Source: a plasmid | Sequence record: NZ_CP072388.1 | Length of the DNA stretch: 64,000 nucleotides | Reading direction: 5' to 3' (one strand) | In this document: in pieces, positions 27,531-37,143 of the stretch | Layout of the letters: each line of letters starts with the position of its first letter | Numbering within the stretch: position 1 is the first letter of the stretch | Translations under genes and position numbers: made by a program | Notes under the pieces: model-generated | Seen by the model: the letters and a program-made list of their open reading frames with translations, nothing else | Databases searched by the model: none | What the model was told of the DNA's origin: nothing

Positions 27531-28181
27531 TCAGGCGGTGGTGTCGACGACGAGGGTGCCGGGGTGGGCGGCCGCGTACGCCTCGGCTGCGCCGACCGCA
27601 GCAGCCTTGCTGCCGTTGATGACCCGCTGGAAGTCGGTCACCAGCTTGTTCGGCATGGTGGTGTACCCCGTCACCCGCATGCTGGTGGCGTCGACCTGCC
27701 CCGCCGGGATGATGACGATGACACGGAGGCCGGCTGCGTCGAACGCGACGGCGACCTCGGTCAGCTGGTCACCCTGGGCAAACACGGCCTCCACGTCGGA
27801 GGGGGCACCGTCGATGGCGTGGGCGTCGGCGACCGCGACCTCCGGGGCCGTGCCGTCGACGACGACGCCGGTGCCGTCACCGTTCGGCGAGACATACACG
27901 CGCGCGCCCGCTGCACGGGCGGCGTCGACCAGGTCGGCCGGGACCGTCTCGCCGACGCCGGTGGGCACGACCGGCTCCGGGGCGGGCGGCTCGGTCGGCT
28001 CTGGCGACGCGGCGGGCGTGGCCTCCGCCGTCGCGGTGGGGCTCGAGGTAGCCGCCGGCTCGCCGGCGTCGGTCTCGCCCGGCCCGAGGACCAGAACTGC
28101 GGCGGCGCCTGCGGCGAGGACGCTGGCGGCGACGAGAGTGGCGGTGCGGGCACGGGCGCGGCGGGTGTTCGTGGTGCTCAT
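27531..28181 (-). CDS. membrane-anchored/secreted hypothetical protein with Pro/Ala-rich linker
   Basis: N-terminal TM/signal anchor (LVAASVLAAGAAAVLVL), then a PEPTEPPAPEP linker and a C-terminal globular domain. Confidence 0.5.
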   Translation of the reverse strand: MSTTNTRRARARTATLVAASVLAAGAAAVLVLGPGETDAGEPAATSSPTATAEATPAASPEPTEPPAPEPVVPTGVGETVPADLVDAARAAGARVYVSPNGDGTGVVVDGTAPEVAVADAHAIDGAPSDVEAVFAQGDQLTEVAVAFDAAGLRVIVIIPAGQVDATSMRVTGYTTMPNKLVTDFQRVINGSKAAAVGAAEAYAAAHPGTLVVDTTA

Positions 28182-28278
28182 CGGCGCTACCTATGCGCTG
28201 AGCAGCAGGAACACGCGGGCCCCGGACCCCGCGGCCTGGTGGGCGGCGAGCTCGCCGGGGCGTTCGTACGCTCCGAGC

Positions 28279-28605
28279 ATGCCGCGCACGCTCACGCCCG
28301 CGGAGCTCGCTGCGGAGGTTGGTGTGTCGCCGTCCGCCGTGCGGTACTGGCTGCGCCACAACGTCCCGCGCGCAGCGTCCGGGGCCTGGCATATCGACGC
28401 CGACACCGCAGCGCGCGCCCGGGCGCACTTCGCTGCGACGCAGCCTGCGCGTGCACGCACCCGCGACGTCTGCCTTGTCGCGGGATGCGGACGGATGTCC
28501 GCGGCCCGGGGGATGTGCCGGATGCACTACCAGCGGTGGTACCGAACGGGGACCGCTGCGAACACGGACACCGGCTCACAGACCGGCCCGTCGGCTGCGG
28601 GCTAG
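28279..28605 (+). CDS. HTH DNA-binding protein with C-terminal HNH-like zinc-binding motif
   Basis: AELAAEVGVSPSAVRYWL (excisionase/MerR-like HTH), then CLVAGCGRMSAARGMCRMHYQRWYRTG. Confidence 0.5.
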   Translation: MPRTLTPAELAAEVGVSPSAVRYWLRHNVPRAASGAWHIDADTAARARAHFAATQPARARTRDVCLVAGCGRMSAARGMCRMHYQRWYRTGTAANTDTGSQTGPSAAG

Positions 28606-28614
28606 GGTCGACGG

Positions 28615-29292
28615 GTGGTGATGCGACGTGTCCGGCCGATGGACTGGGGCGCCGTCGCATGGACGCTGTCCTGGTCGTTCAACCTTGCTCGAGGTTCTGG
28701 TTCACGGCGGGTGCTCGCGGTCGCGGCGTGGCCGATCTGGGTCGTAACGGTGATGTTGCTACCGGGCTTCGTTCACGCCGACCGGAAGGTCGTTGCCCGG
28801 CTGACGCGCCGCACGACTGGCGCCATGCTGTTCGGGCTCGCCCGGGTGCTCGCGTTCGCGGTCCTGGTCGGCGTCCCGGGCGGGGTCGTGCTCGGGTGGG
28901 TCTTCACGCTGGTGCCCTGGTGGCTCAGTGTGCCGCTCCTGCTGGCTGTCGCCGGGTGGGCGGGAACGGGCGCGGTCGTGGTCCTCGCGGTCCTGATGTC
29001 GCGCCTCGAGCACGTCCAGCGCGTGGAGACCGCGGCACGTCGCGCGCAGCCTTCCGCCCAGCGCAAGGCTGACCGTGCTGCGCGGCGGCGCGCCGATTGG
29101 GCGATGGACAGCGTCGCCTCTCGGCTCCCGCGCGGCGGCCTCGCCCTGGTCGGTGAGCACGCGCGCCGTACCGTGCCGTCCGGGCAGACCATCACGGCTG
29201 AGGCTGCGACGGACCAGCACGTCGCGGTGTACCGCAGATACGGGTTCGTGCCGCTGGCCACCGCGCCCTTCAAGATGCTTGCCACCGTGTAG
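28615..29292 (+). CDS. integral membrane hypothetical protein
   Basis: Four N-terminal TM helices. Starts 10 nt after the previous stop. Confidence 0.45.
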   Translation: MVMRRVRPMDWGAVAWTLSWSFNLARGSGSRRVLAVAAWPIWVVTVMLLPGFVHADRKVVARLTRRTTGAMLFGLARVLAFAVLVGVPGGVVLGWVFTLVPWWLSVPLLLAVAGWAGTGAVVVLAVLMSRLEHVQRVETAARRAQPSAQRKADRAARRRADWAMDSVASRLPRGGLALVGEHARRTVPSGQTITAEAATDQHVAVYRRYGFVPLATAPFKMLATV

Positions 29293-29647
29293 CAACTGGT
29301 TCCAGACCGTTCCCGGTGGCACCCCCGTCGCGAGCGGCCATGGCCAGCGAGCGCGAGGGAGGACCACCGGGTCGCTCGTGCAACGCTCCAGCGACGCTCG
29401 AAGCGGACAAAGGTGACATAAGGTCTATTATCGGCGTGAAACCAGTGCGCGTTGCATCTGATGCCCGAACTCGCACCGCGGTGCCGTCACGGCGTCTTCG
29501 CAGGCCAGACGGCTCGTCGGTCGCCCCCATGCCCGCATCTCCACCCAGAGCCTTCTCGCGGATCCGCTGGTCACGCAGGTTTCGTGCATCGGATGCACGA
29601 TTCCGCGGAAAGGCGACGGGCCGCCCGGCACGCAGAGCCGTGGTGGC

Positions 29648-30196
29648 TCAGGCGCCCGTAGCCGTCCTCTGATAGAGGCTCGAGGCAAGGAGGCGCGATC
29701 CGTCTGGAGCAGCAACGACCACGTCCCGCACGTGGACGAAGCCCTCGCGCTCGTAGAAGCCGCGCAGTCCGGGGTTGTGGGCGGCACAGTCCAGACGGAC
29801 CAGCGGCCGGCCCCGTTTCACGGCCTGGTCTCGCGCCCACTGCAGCAGGCGACGGCCCAGACCGGCGCCGCGCCGATGCTGGGCGACCGCAAGCCGGTGC
29901 ACATACACCGCAGGCTCGTCGTCATCGCCCCATGTCTCGCGATCGGATTCGCAGAGCACGATCATCGCAGCAAGCTTCGAACCGTCGCGCACGACGTAGA
30001 GGTCGCCCCTGTCAACGTCGGCCCTGATCACTGCGTCGGGGATGTCGTCCTGCCACTGATCGATCGACCGCGCATCCAGCCACTTTCGCGCGGCGTCGAT
30101 CAGGCCTTGCGCGGCCGCGATGTCGTCGGCGTTTCCCACCTCGACCTGCAGCACTTCGTCCCTCACAGTCTGGAGGCTAGCAACGCGCGCGAGCAT
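29648..30196 (-). CDS. GNAT-family N-acetyltransferase
   Basis: Acetyl-CoA motif VHRLAVAQHRRGAGLGRRLLQWA. Confidence 0.75.
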   Translation of the reverse strand: MLARVASLQTVRDEVLQVEVGNADDIAAAQGLIDAARKWLDARSIDQWQDDIPDAVIRADVDRGDLYVVRDGSKLAAMIVLCESDRETWGDDDEPAVYVHRLAVAQHRRGAGLGRRLLQWARDQAVKRGRPLVRLDCAAHNPGLRGFYEREGFVHVRDVVVAAPDGSRLLASSLYQRTATGA

Positions 30197-30397
30197 CCTG
30201 GTTCGAGCGGCAACGCTGGCTCATAGTCAGGTCGATGAGGGCCAGCAGCTCCCGCGACGGTGTCCATCTGCAGCAGCTCTGCGGGACGGCCCGTAGCGCG
30301 CCCTCGAGCAGACCACCGGAAGCGTGCTAGTGTCCAGGCATCACGATCAGCCCGTTGCCCTATGGCGGCGGGCTGATTTTCTTGTCTCTGGAGGCTC

Positions 30398-31408
30398 ATG
30401 GGTGAGTACACCAAGCCATGGCTCTCGCTCGACGACCAGCTAGAGAGGCTTGCGAGCCGTGGGGTCGCCGTCGACCCGCGTGATCGCGCTTCGGCTTGCT
30501 TGAGAGCTGTCGGCTACTACCGGCTCACGGGTTACCTGTACCCATTCCGCTGTTCGGAACAGGTCAAGGACGCGGACGGCAAGGTCCGGACGCGCGTCCT
30601 CAGCGGCTACCGCCCTGACACGTCCATCGCACATATCGCGCGAGTGATCGACTTCGATCGACAGTTGCGCATGCTTGTCATGGACGGCGTCGAGCGCATC
30701 GAAGTCGCCCTGCGCATGCAGGCCGGGTACGTCCTCGGCCGCCGGTCTCCGTTCGCGCATCTCAACCCCGCCACCTTCCTGACCTCGTTCGTCGAGCATC
30801 AGGTGGACGGCGAGACTGGGTGGAAGACGCAGCCGAGCAAGCACGCGCAGTGGTTACAGCGTGTCGCCCAGCGCCGCGCCAGTTCCGACGAGACGTTCGT
30901 CGCCCACTTCCGTGACGAGTACGACGGACAAATGCCGATTTGGGCGCTCACCGAGATTCTTGAGCTTGGTCAGCTCGCAACCCTGTACCGCGGCCTAAAC
31001 GAGGACGACGCTCAGGAGATCGCCGAGGCCTTCGCTGTCCCGACCAAGAAACTGATGGCGAGCTGGCTAGCGAGCCTGAACTATGTACGCAACGTGGCTG
31101 CGCATCACGCGCGCCTCTTCAACCGCAAGCTCCAGAACGCGCCGGCGCGACCGCGATTGGGGCTTGTGCCGCTGCTCGACCATCTGCGCGACGAGGACAC
31201 GCCCAAGGGCGCCTTCGGGGTGTACAACGCGCTGGCCGTGATCGCCTACATGCTGCGATCCGTTGACCGCAGTTCGGACTGGTGTCACCGGCTCGTCGAA
31301 CTGTGTGGCACCTTCCCCTCGTCGCCGGACCTCACGCTTGGGGCGCTGGGCGGCCCGCGAGAATGGACGTCGCTCAACCTGTGGGAACAGACTGGCGAAC
31401 TGCAATGA
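30398..31408 (+). CDS. Abi_2-family (AbiD/AbiF-like) abortive infection protein
   Basis: N-terminal KPWLSLDDQLERLASRGV and GYYRLTGYLYPF motifs characteristic of Abi_2. Locally lower GC. Confidence 0.7.
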   Translation: MGEYTKPWLSLDDQLERLASRGVAVDPRDRASACLRAVGYYRLTGYLYPFRCSEQVKDADGKVRTRVLSGYRPDTSIAHIARVIDFDRQLRMLVMDGVERIEVALRMQAGYVLGRRSPFAHLNPATFLTSFVEHQVDGETGWKTQPSKHAQWLQRVAQRRASSDETFVAHFRDEYDGQMPIWALTEILELGQLATLYRGLNEDDAQEIAEAFAVPTKKLMASWLASLNYVRNVAAHHARLFNRKLQNAPARPRLGLVPLLDHLRDEDTPKGAFGVYNALAVIAYMLRSVDRSSDWCHRLVELCGTFPSSPDLTLGALGGPREWTSLNLWEQTGELQ

Positions 31409-31455
31409 AGTTCTGACGGCGGCGCCCCGACCACTCGCCGGGGCGCCGCCCTTCA

Positions 31456-31665
31456 TCAGACTCGCTGGGCCATGGTGCCGCCAGGGTCCCGGCGGGCCTG
31501 GTCCTTCGAGACGAACTGCCCCGAACCTCCGTCGCGGTAGACGGTGCGGCGGTTACTGGTGCCGCTGCCGACCCGTTCAGTGACCGTCTTGCTGGGCCAA
31601 CGTGCGGCAGCCGCGTTCGAACGGAACTGGCCGGTGACGGTGCTGCGCTTGATCGAGCGACCCAT
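31456..31665 (-). CDS. small basic hypothetical protein
   Basis: 69-aa ORF convergent with the Abi gene. Weak call. Confidence 0.3.
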   Translation of the reverse strand: MGRSIKRSTVTGQFRSNAAAARWPSKTVTERVGSGTSNRRTVYRDGGSGQFVSKDQARRDPGGTMAQRV

Positions 31666-31995
31666 GGGTTCGCTCCCTTCTGGGCCTGCGGCCCGGTCAT
31701 GAAGTTCCCGGAACCGAGCCGCCCAGATCTTCCGCGTGGGAAGCAGACCTGGTTACTCTCGTGGTTCACCGCCCAGTGAGCCGCGAGAGCCCGGATCGGC
31801 ATGAGCCCGATCTGGGCTCTCCGTGCTTCAACGAGAGTCTTGCAGGTCACACCGACACGGCGCCACAAGATGTCGCTTCGTGTCGCGGTGAGCGCCCTAC
31901 ATGTTGTGGTTGCGGTCCGCTGGCTGCCCGAGGACGCCGCCGCGCATCTACACCCGACCGCATGGCCACTGCAGATCCGGGCGACGCTCTGGGCA

Positions 31996-32619
31996 TCAGA
32001 AGAACATCTGCCACAACGTCGCGATGCCCGTAACGAGGCCCGTGGCAAGCGCCGTCGCGGCGGTACCGACAAGCACTTGTCCTAGGACGCCGATAGCGCC
32101 AGCGGCGGTGCGCACGGAGCGTCCCGGACCGACCGCCTCGCGCAGGTTGGCCGGCCACCTCAGAAAGCCTGCGATCAACCCGGTGAGTCCCTTCTCGCGT
32201 TCCGAGGCGTCGGCTGCAGCCTTATTGGCAGCGCCGATAGCTGCTTCTACGGACGCGATGACCATGTCGGGCCGAAGCTGCTGCGGGTCGCGCAGACTCA
32301 TCTCCCAGTTGACGACCGGGTTCACGTCCCGCGTCATGTAGGCACCATTAGCGAGCGTGTACGTGCCGCCGTGCCGCTCGTGGACAGCGCCAGCCGCCCC
32401 CGCGGCCATTGCCACTGCCCTCCGCTTGGCCTGCCAAATACCGTGGTCGACCGCAGGAACAAGCTCCATGAACAAGCCATCGGAACGAGCTTGTGCGCTG
32501 TTCAGGAGGTCGATGTAGGCGCCCCGGAACTCAGTCAGCAGGTCTACGTCTCTAGCCCACCGCTTGCTCGGCTTCACAGTCTTGATTCTTCTGCATGGAT
32601 CTGACACACAGTCGAACAT
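31996..32619 (-). CDS. hypothetical protein with C-terminal TM helix
   Basis: ATG MFDCVSD...; ends in the hydrophobic segment VLVGTAATALATGLVTGIATLW. Lower GC. Confidence 0.35.
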   Translation of the reverse strand: MFDCVSDPCRRIKTVKPSKRWARDVDLLTEFRGAYIDLLNSAQARSDGLFMELVPAVDHGIWQAKRRAVAMAAGAAGAVHERHGGTYTLANGAYMTRDVNPVVNWEMSLRDPQQLRPDMVIASVEAAIGAANKAAADASEREKGLTGLIAGFLRWPANLREAVGPGRSVRTAAGAIGVLGQVLVGTAATALATGLVTGIATLWQMFF

Positions 32620-33066
32620 CAGGTGCCGCGCTTGATGACGATCAGCGGCAGGCTGTGCTGCCGAGGTGCGATGAGGCGTGTTCGCAGGCACCAAAGGGCG
32701 ACGGGTCTCGAGGTTCCAACCCTCGAGACCCGTCGGTCGGCACGGGCAACTACCGCCGGCAGCACCCTCCCCTGGCACTTCCAGGTAGGCACTGCCTCGC
32801 CGCCCCAACGCACCCCATCGCGCAGGGTGTCGCTGACTACCGACTCGGCCCGGAGTCCTCGATGACCGCGCGGGCCCCTTGGCCCTCAGCCACAGAGACG
32901 CTTCCTCCAGGTCGTGGATATCACGCTACAGCGGTTGTCGAGCGTTCTGCCACCATGACCTGGGCATACGTTTGAGTGCAGCAAGCCATGAGACGTCTGA
33001 GTGCGGTATGGTAGGTGGTAGTTACAGAGTCACCCCTACCTTCAAGCCCCACCCACTAGGAGCCAG

Positions 33067-34014
33067 ATGAGCGAAGTAGAGAGGACATCTAGTTCATCGC
33101 GACGCCAGAGAGCGATCGTCGCCCGCACTGGCGTCAAAGTGAGCCTCGGTGACCTCAGTCCTCCCGCTCAGGGTGAGGTCACGAAGCTGCTCGACTCGGC
33201 TCCAGGGCGCCGCATGACGACACCGGTTCGGAAGACGTTCGTGCGTACAGAGGACCCTGAGAGCCCTCCCCCCCTTGCGCAGATCGTCTCGACGCGCGGG
33301 CGAGGCGGCGCGGTGCCTCTGAAGCTGTATCTCGGACTGATTCGACGCAGTTCTGCGGCACCCTATGACTCGACAATCTCCGCTCGCCGATGGGCCGCCC
33401 TGCTAGATCTCGAGGACTATGCCCACCGGGGTGCTCGACGAGTCAACGACGCGATCAGCCGACTCCAAGAACTGCAGTTGATTGATGTAGAGACGAGCCG
33501 CGGCGCCGCCTCCACGATCACGCTTCTTCGTGAAGACGGATCAGGGGCTCCGTACCGCCCGCCTAGCGAGCAGAAGCGCTCTGGGAGGCCAGGGCGCGCG
33601 AAGGCCGCGCCTGAGCTCTATCTACAGATGCCCGACGCTCTATGGCAGGGGTACATCCAACGCATGGCTGCCCCGGAGCTCGCCATGCTGCTGATCCTTC
33701 TCGCAGAGCCCGACAGCGTTCAAGACGGGATGTGGTGGTCGATTCAGAACTTCCCCGCCTGGTACTGCATCAAGCCATCCATGCGCACCAGTGGCACCCA
33801 CGCACTCGAGAACCTCGGCTTGCTGCGCGTCACCAAGAAGATGCTCGACACGCCCCGCGGCGGCAATGGTGATGACCGCGACCGTGTGCGCAACGTCTAC
33901 AAGCTCAGGGGCGCGGCGCTCCAACCGGCCAAGACCGCCCCAGCCCCGCCTGCAGGAGCCAAGCCTTCGACACCCGCGACCAAGAAGCGGAGCCGACTCA
34001 AGAAGAAGGTTTGA
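33067..34014 (+). CDS. hypothetical protein (possible winged-helix DNA-binding/replication-associated)
   Basis: 315-aa ORF with a basic C-terminal tail (KKRSRLKKKV). Confidence 0.45.
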   Translation: MSEVERTSSSSRRQRAIVARTGVKVSLGDLSPPAQGEVTKLLDSAPGRRMTTPVRKTFVRTEDPESPPPLAQIVSTRGRGGAVPLKLYLGLIRRSSAAPYDSTISARRWAALLDLEDYAHRGARRVNDAISRLQELQLIDVETSRGAASTITLLREDGSGAPYRPPSEQKRSGRPGRAKAAPELYLQMPDALWQGYIQRMAAPELAMLLILLAEPDSVQDGMWWSIQNFPAWYCIKPSMRTSGTHALENLGLLRVTKKMLDTPRGGNGDDRDRVRNVYKLRGAALQPAKTAPAPPAGAKPSTPATKKRSRLKKKV

Positions 34015-34061
34015 GGGCGCCAACGACAGCAGCTGACGGGGCCGCCGACGAAATCTAGACG

Positions 34062-34099
34062 GATGGCGCCCACCTACGTGGCTTGAGGTGGGCGCCATC
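34062..34099. terminator. bidirectional hairpin (14-bp stem) between convergent genes
   Basis: GATGGCGCCCACCT-acgtggcttg-AGGTGGGCGCCATC. Confidence 0.5.
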
Positions 34100-34109
34100 G
34101 TGCCTTTGG

Positions 34110-34952
34110 TCAGCGCGTAAGTTCGGCGGCGTGGTCCCGGGTGTGGGCGCGGCTGCGGTTCGTGCGGGCGCGGGGCGCCGCGCCGTGTCGGGCACCGCGC
34201 AGGGTGGCGTTGGCGGAGGCCGGGAAGTTGGTGGCGGCCTCGCGCCGGGCGGTGGCCGCGGCGGCGGGGGCGTGCTTGAGCTCGTCTTCGGTGACGGGGG
34301 CGTACGCCGGCCCGTCGACGGCGCCGGTCTTGCTCGCCTCGCCGGCGTGGGTCTTGGCGGAGTCGTGGAGCCGGTCGTGCTCGACCAGGTGCTCGCGGGC
34401 GTCCTCGCGGGTGTCGTCCGCGCGCTGGGCGTCGACGTCGGCGGACGGGTCGGCCTGGGCGGCCTTGTCGCTGGCGCGCTCGTCGAGCTCGTCGGCCTCG
34501 GCGAAGTCCTCCCGGGCTTGGGCGTCCTCGCGCTGGGCGGCGGCCGCGTCGTCGAGCGCGTGCCACAGCGCGTTGGTGCGATCGGCCGGGTTGGGGTGGG
34601 CGCGGGCGACGGCGTCGACGTCGACGCCGAACCGGGCACCGACCTGCTCGCGCACGACCTGGTGGGCCTCGCGCCCGCGCGCATCGTGCGGGGCGATGGT
34701 GGAGGTGAACGTCGCGAGCTCGGCGACGTCCTGGTGGCCCGCGGTGCGCCAGAAGTCCTCGCGCCGGACCCGGTCGTAGACCATCGCGATCTGCTCGCGA
34801 TGCTCACCGGCCACGCGCGCGACCTCCTGGTGGCGCGCGGTGGCGCGGGTGGCCTGGGCACGGGCCAGCTGCTCGCGGACCTGGCCGATCGCCATCATGG
34901 TCGAGCGCACGACGCGGTCGACCTCCTGCCCGAACTCGTCCTCACTGCTCAT
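34110..34952 (-). CDS. acidic hypothetical protein
   Basis: 280-aa Asp/Glu/Ala-rich ORF, co-directional with the conjugation genes. Confidence 0.4.
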   Translation of the reverse strand: MSSEDEFGQEVDRVVRSTMMAIGQVREQLARAQATRATARHQEVARVAGEHREQIAMVYDRVRREDFWRTAGHQDVAELATFTSTIAPHDARGREAHQVVREQVGARFGVDVDAVARAHPNPADRTNALWHALDDAAAAQREDAQAREDFAEADELDERASDKAAQADPSADVDAQRADDTREDAREHLVEHDRLHDSAKTHAGEASKTGAVDGPAYAPVTEDELKHAPAAAATARREAATNFPASANATLRGARHGAAPRARTNRSRAHTRDHAAELTR

Positions 34953-34984
34953 TTGGATGCCTCCAGGGTGGGTGTCGGGTGGGG

Positions 34985-35395
34985 TTACTGCTCGGCCGGG
35001 TGGTGCGCGTCGCGGAACAACCCCGGCGGCGGGACCTCGACGGGCCAGGCGTCCGGGAGCTGACGATCCTGCACGTCGCTCAGGCGCCAGAACGGGCCGT
35101 CGGTGGCGGTGATCTCGCGCATCTCGGGGCCGAGGTAGTCGCGGAAGAACACGCTCATGCCGGTCATGCCCTCACCGCGCAGGAACTCCCAGGACCGCCA
35201 CAGCGCCTCCAGGCGCGCGACGACCTCGGTGTACTCCCACCAGCGCGGGTCCCACCGGAAGGACTTGGGGTTGCGCTTGTAGTGCGGGAGCAGCCACTCG
35301 CGCACCCACACGTCGACGTTCGGGTAGAACGTCGCGACCGGCTCGGACTCGGGCACGTCGTCCAGGTCGATCTCGACCTCGTCGAACTCGCTCAT
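34985..35395 (-). CDS. DUF4913-like protein (conjugation-associated)
   Basis: MSEFDEVEIDLDD...FYPNVDVWVREWLLPHY. ATG overlaps the coupling-protein stop. Confidence 0.55.
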   Translation of the reverse strand: MSEFDEVEIDLDDVPESEPVATFYPNVDVWVREWLLPHYKRNPKSFRWDPRWWEYTEVVARLEALWRSWEFLRGEGMTGMSVFFRDYLGPEMREITATDGPFWRLSDVQDRQLPDAWPVEVPPPGLFRDAHHPAEQ

Positions 35396-37143
35396 GCTGC
35401 CTCCCGGGCGCGCGCCGGCACGTTGGTGCGCGCGGCGCGCTGGTTCTCGTAGTGGGCCAGGCTCGCGCTGACCTTGTCGGTGTAGGGGCGGGCGCTGTGG
35501 TGGTCCAGGCGCAGCAGCGCGGCCGGCAGCCCGGAGGCGAGCAGCACCGCGCGCCCGCGCGGCAACGCGGTCAGGTCGGAGACGTCGAACAGGCGCTGGC
35601 GGGCGACCGAGGTCGAGACGGTGCGGCTGGTCTTGTTCTGCGACGCAGAGCGCTTGACGACGTCGTGGTCGCCGATCAGGTTCGACACGAACGGCAGGAA
35701 CTTGTCTTCGGAGAGCCCGGACCCGACCACGCGCACGTTCGCCGCGCTCCACAGCTTCTGCATCCCGGTCTCCCCGAACGCTTCGGCGCCCTGGGACCAG
35801 GACTGGAAGAACGCGGACACCACGATGCCGCGCGACCCGTAGTGCGAGTACAGGTCGGGCAGCTCGCGCCAGCGGCACACGTTCGCGACCTCGTCCAGCA
35901 CCGCGGTGACCGGCGGGGCCAGGCGCCCGCCCACCCCGCGCGACCCGGCGCGCTCGGCCGCCGTGAGGATTGCCATCGTCAGCGCGGCGGTGATCGCCCG
36001 CGCGGAGCCCCCGCCCTCCTTGGACACGAGGTAGACGGTGTCGGTCGAGCGGACGAAGGCGGCCGGGTCGAAGTGCGGACGCCGCCCGGTCGGGTCGGTG
36101 ATCCAGTCGGCGATCTTGCGGCTGCCCAGGACCCCGATCCAGGGCCGGACCGTGCCGTACACGCCGTCGCGCTGCTTCTCGGTGAGCTTCTGCGTCTTTT
36201 CCAGCGCGATCGCCTGCGCACCCTCGCCGTGGGCTTTGAGCAGCGCGGCCGGGTTCTCCCCGTCGCGGGCGTCGGGGTCGTTGGCCCACGCGAACACGTC
36301 CGTGATCGGCCGGCGGGCCAGGGCGGCGGCGAGGAACAGGCGCGACAGCAGTTCCTTGCCTGCGGACTCGAAGTACGCGTCCTGCTTCGCCCCGGCCGTC
36401 GTCGCGGAGGAGATGAACACGTCGGCGAGCTTCTCGGCGGTCTCGAGGTCGGTGACGAAGGACAGCGGGTTCCACCACCAGGTAGGTCGCTCGCCGATGA
36501 TGTCCTGCACGTCGTGGACCCAGCACACCCCGTGCTCGCTGCGTGGCCCGCGGGTGGCGTCGACGATGTCGGGCTTGTTCGACGTCGCCACGACCGGCCC
36601 GGTGGTCTCGAGGATTTGCGGGATGCACACGCACGAGGTCTTGCCTGCGCGCGGGCCCATGAGCCAGATCTGCACCCACTCCCACGACGCGTACAGCGCC
36701 TTGCGGGAGGGCAGGTGCGTGCCGAGGGTGACCCCGATCCCGGCGCCGTCGGCGCCGAGCCGGGCCGCGTCGCGGCGGGCCGCGCCCTCGGTGAGCTCGG
36801 TGACGTCGCGGCCGGTGGCCAGGTACCGGGCCTTGTAGTCGATGCGTGAACGCTGGCGGCCGGTGCGCAGCGCGACCGTCGCGAGCAGTGCCGCCACGGC
36901 GAGGAAGCCGGCGACGATGCCCAGGGTGATCGCGGTCTGCGCCGCGGTGAACGCGACGTCGCCGCCGAGCACCTGCGCCACGGTGTCGACCGGGTTGGAG
37001 GTGTCGCGGATCTGCGGGTTGGCCATCGCGCCGGCCCACAGCGCGCCGGCGACGATCATCAGGAGCAGGAGCAGGCCGCCGAGCAGCATCCACCCGAGGT
37101 CGTTGGTCGCCGGTTCGGCCCGCCGGTTCGCCTCGCGGGCCAT
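35392..37143 (-). CDS. type IV secretion coupling protein (TraG/VirD4 family)
   Basis: N-terminal TM anchor. Walker A GPRAGKTS, VLDEVANV (Walker B). Confidence 0.85.
   Translation of the reverse strand: MAREANRRAEPATNDLGWMLLGGLLLLLMIVAGALWAGAMANPQIRDTSNPVDTVAQVLGGDVAFTAAQTAITLGIVAGFLAVAALLATVALRTGRQRSRIDYKARYLATGRDVTELTEGAARRDAARLGADGAGIGVTLGTHLPSRKALYASWEWVQIWLMGPRAGKTSCVCIPQILETTGPVVATSNKPDIVDATRGPRSEHGVCWVHDVQDIIGERPTWWWNPLSFVTDLETAEKLADVFISSATTAGAKQDAYFESAGKELLSRLFLAAALARRPITDVFAWANDPDARDGENPAALLKAHGEGAQAIALEKTQKLTEKQRDGVYGTVRPWIGVLGSRKIADWITDPTGRRPHFDPAAFVRSTDTVYLVSKEGGGSARAITAALTMAILTAAERAGSRGVGGRLAPPVTAVLDEVANVCRWRELPDLYSHYGSRGIVVSAFFQSWSQGAEAFGETGMQKLWSAANVRVVGSGLSEDKFLPFVSNLIGDHDVVKRSASQNKTSRTVSTSVARQRLFDVSDLTALPRGRAVLLASGLPAALLRLDHHSARPYTDKVSASLAHYENQRAARTNVPARAREAA

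Noticed and set aside
29300-29647. Intergenic region with the small palindrome CGTGCATC-G-GATGCACG as a possible ncRNA
   Set aside because: A single short hairpin only. No further evidence.
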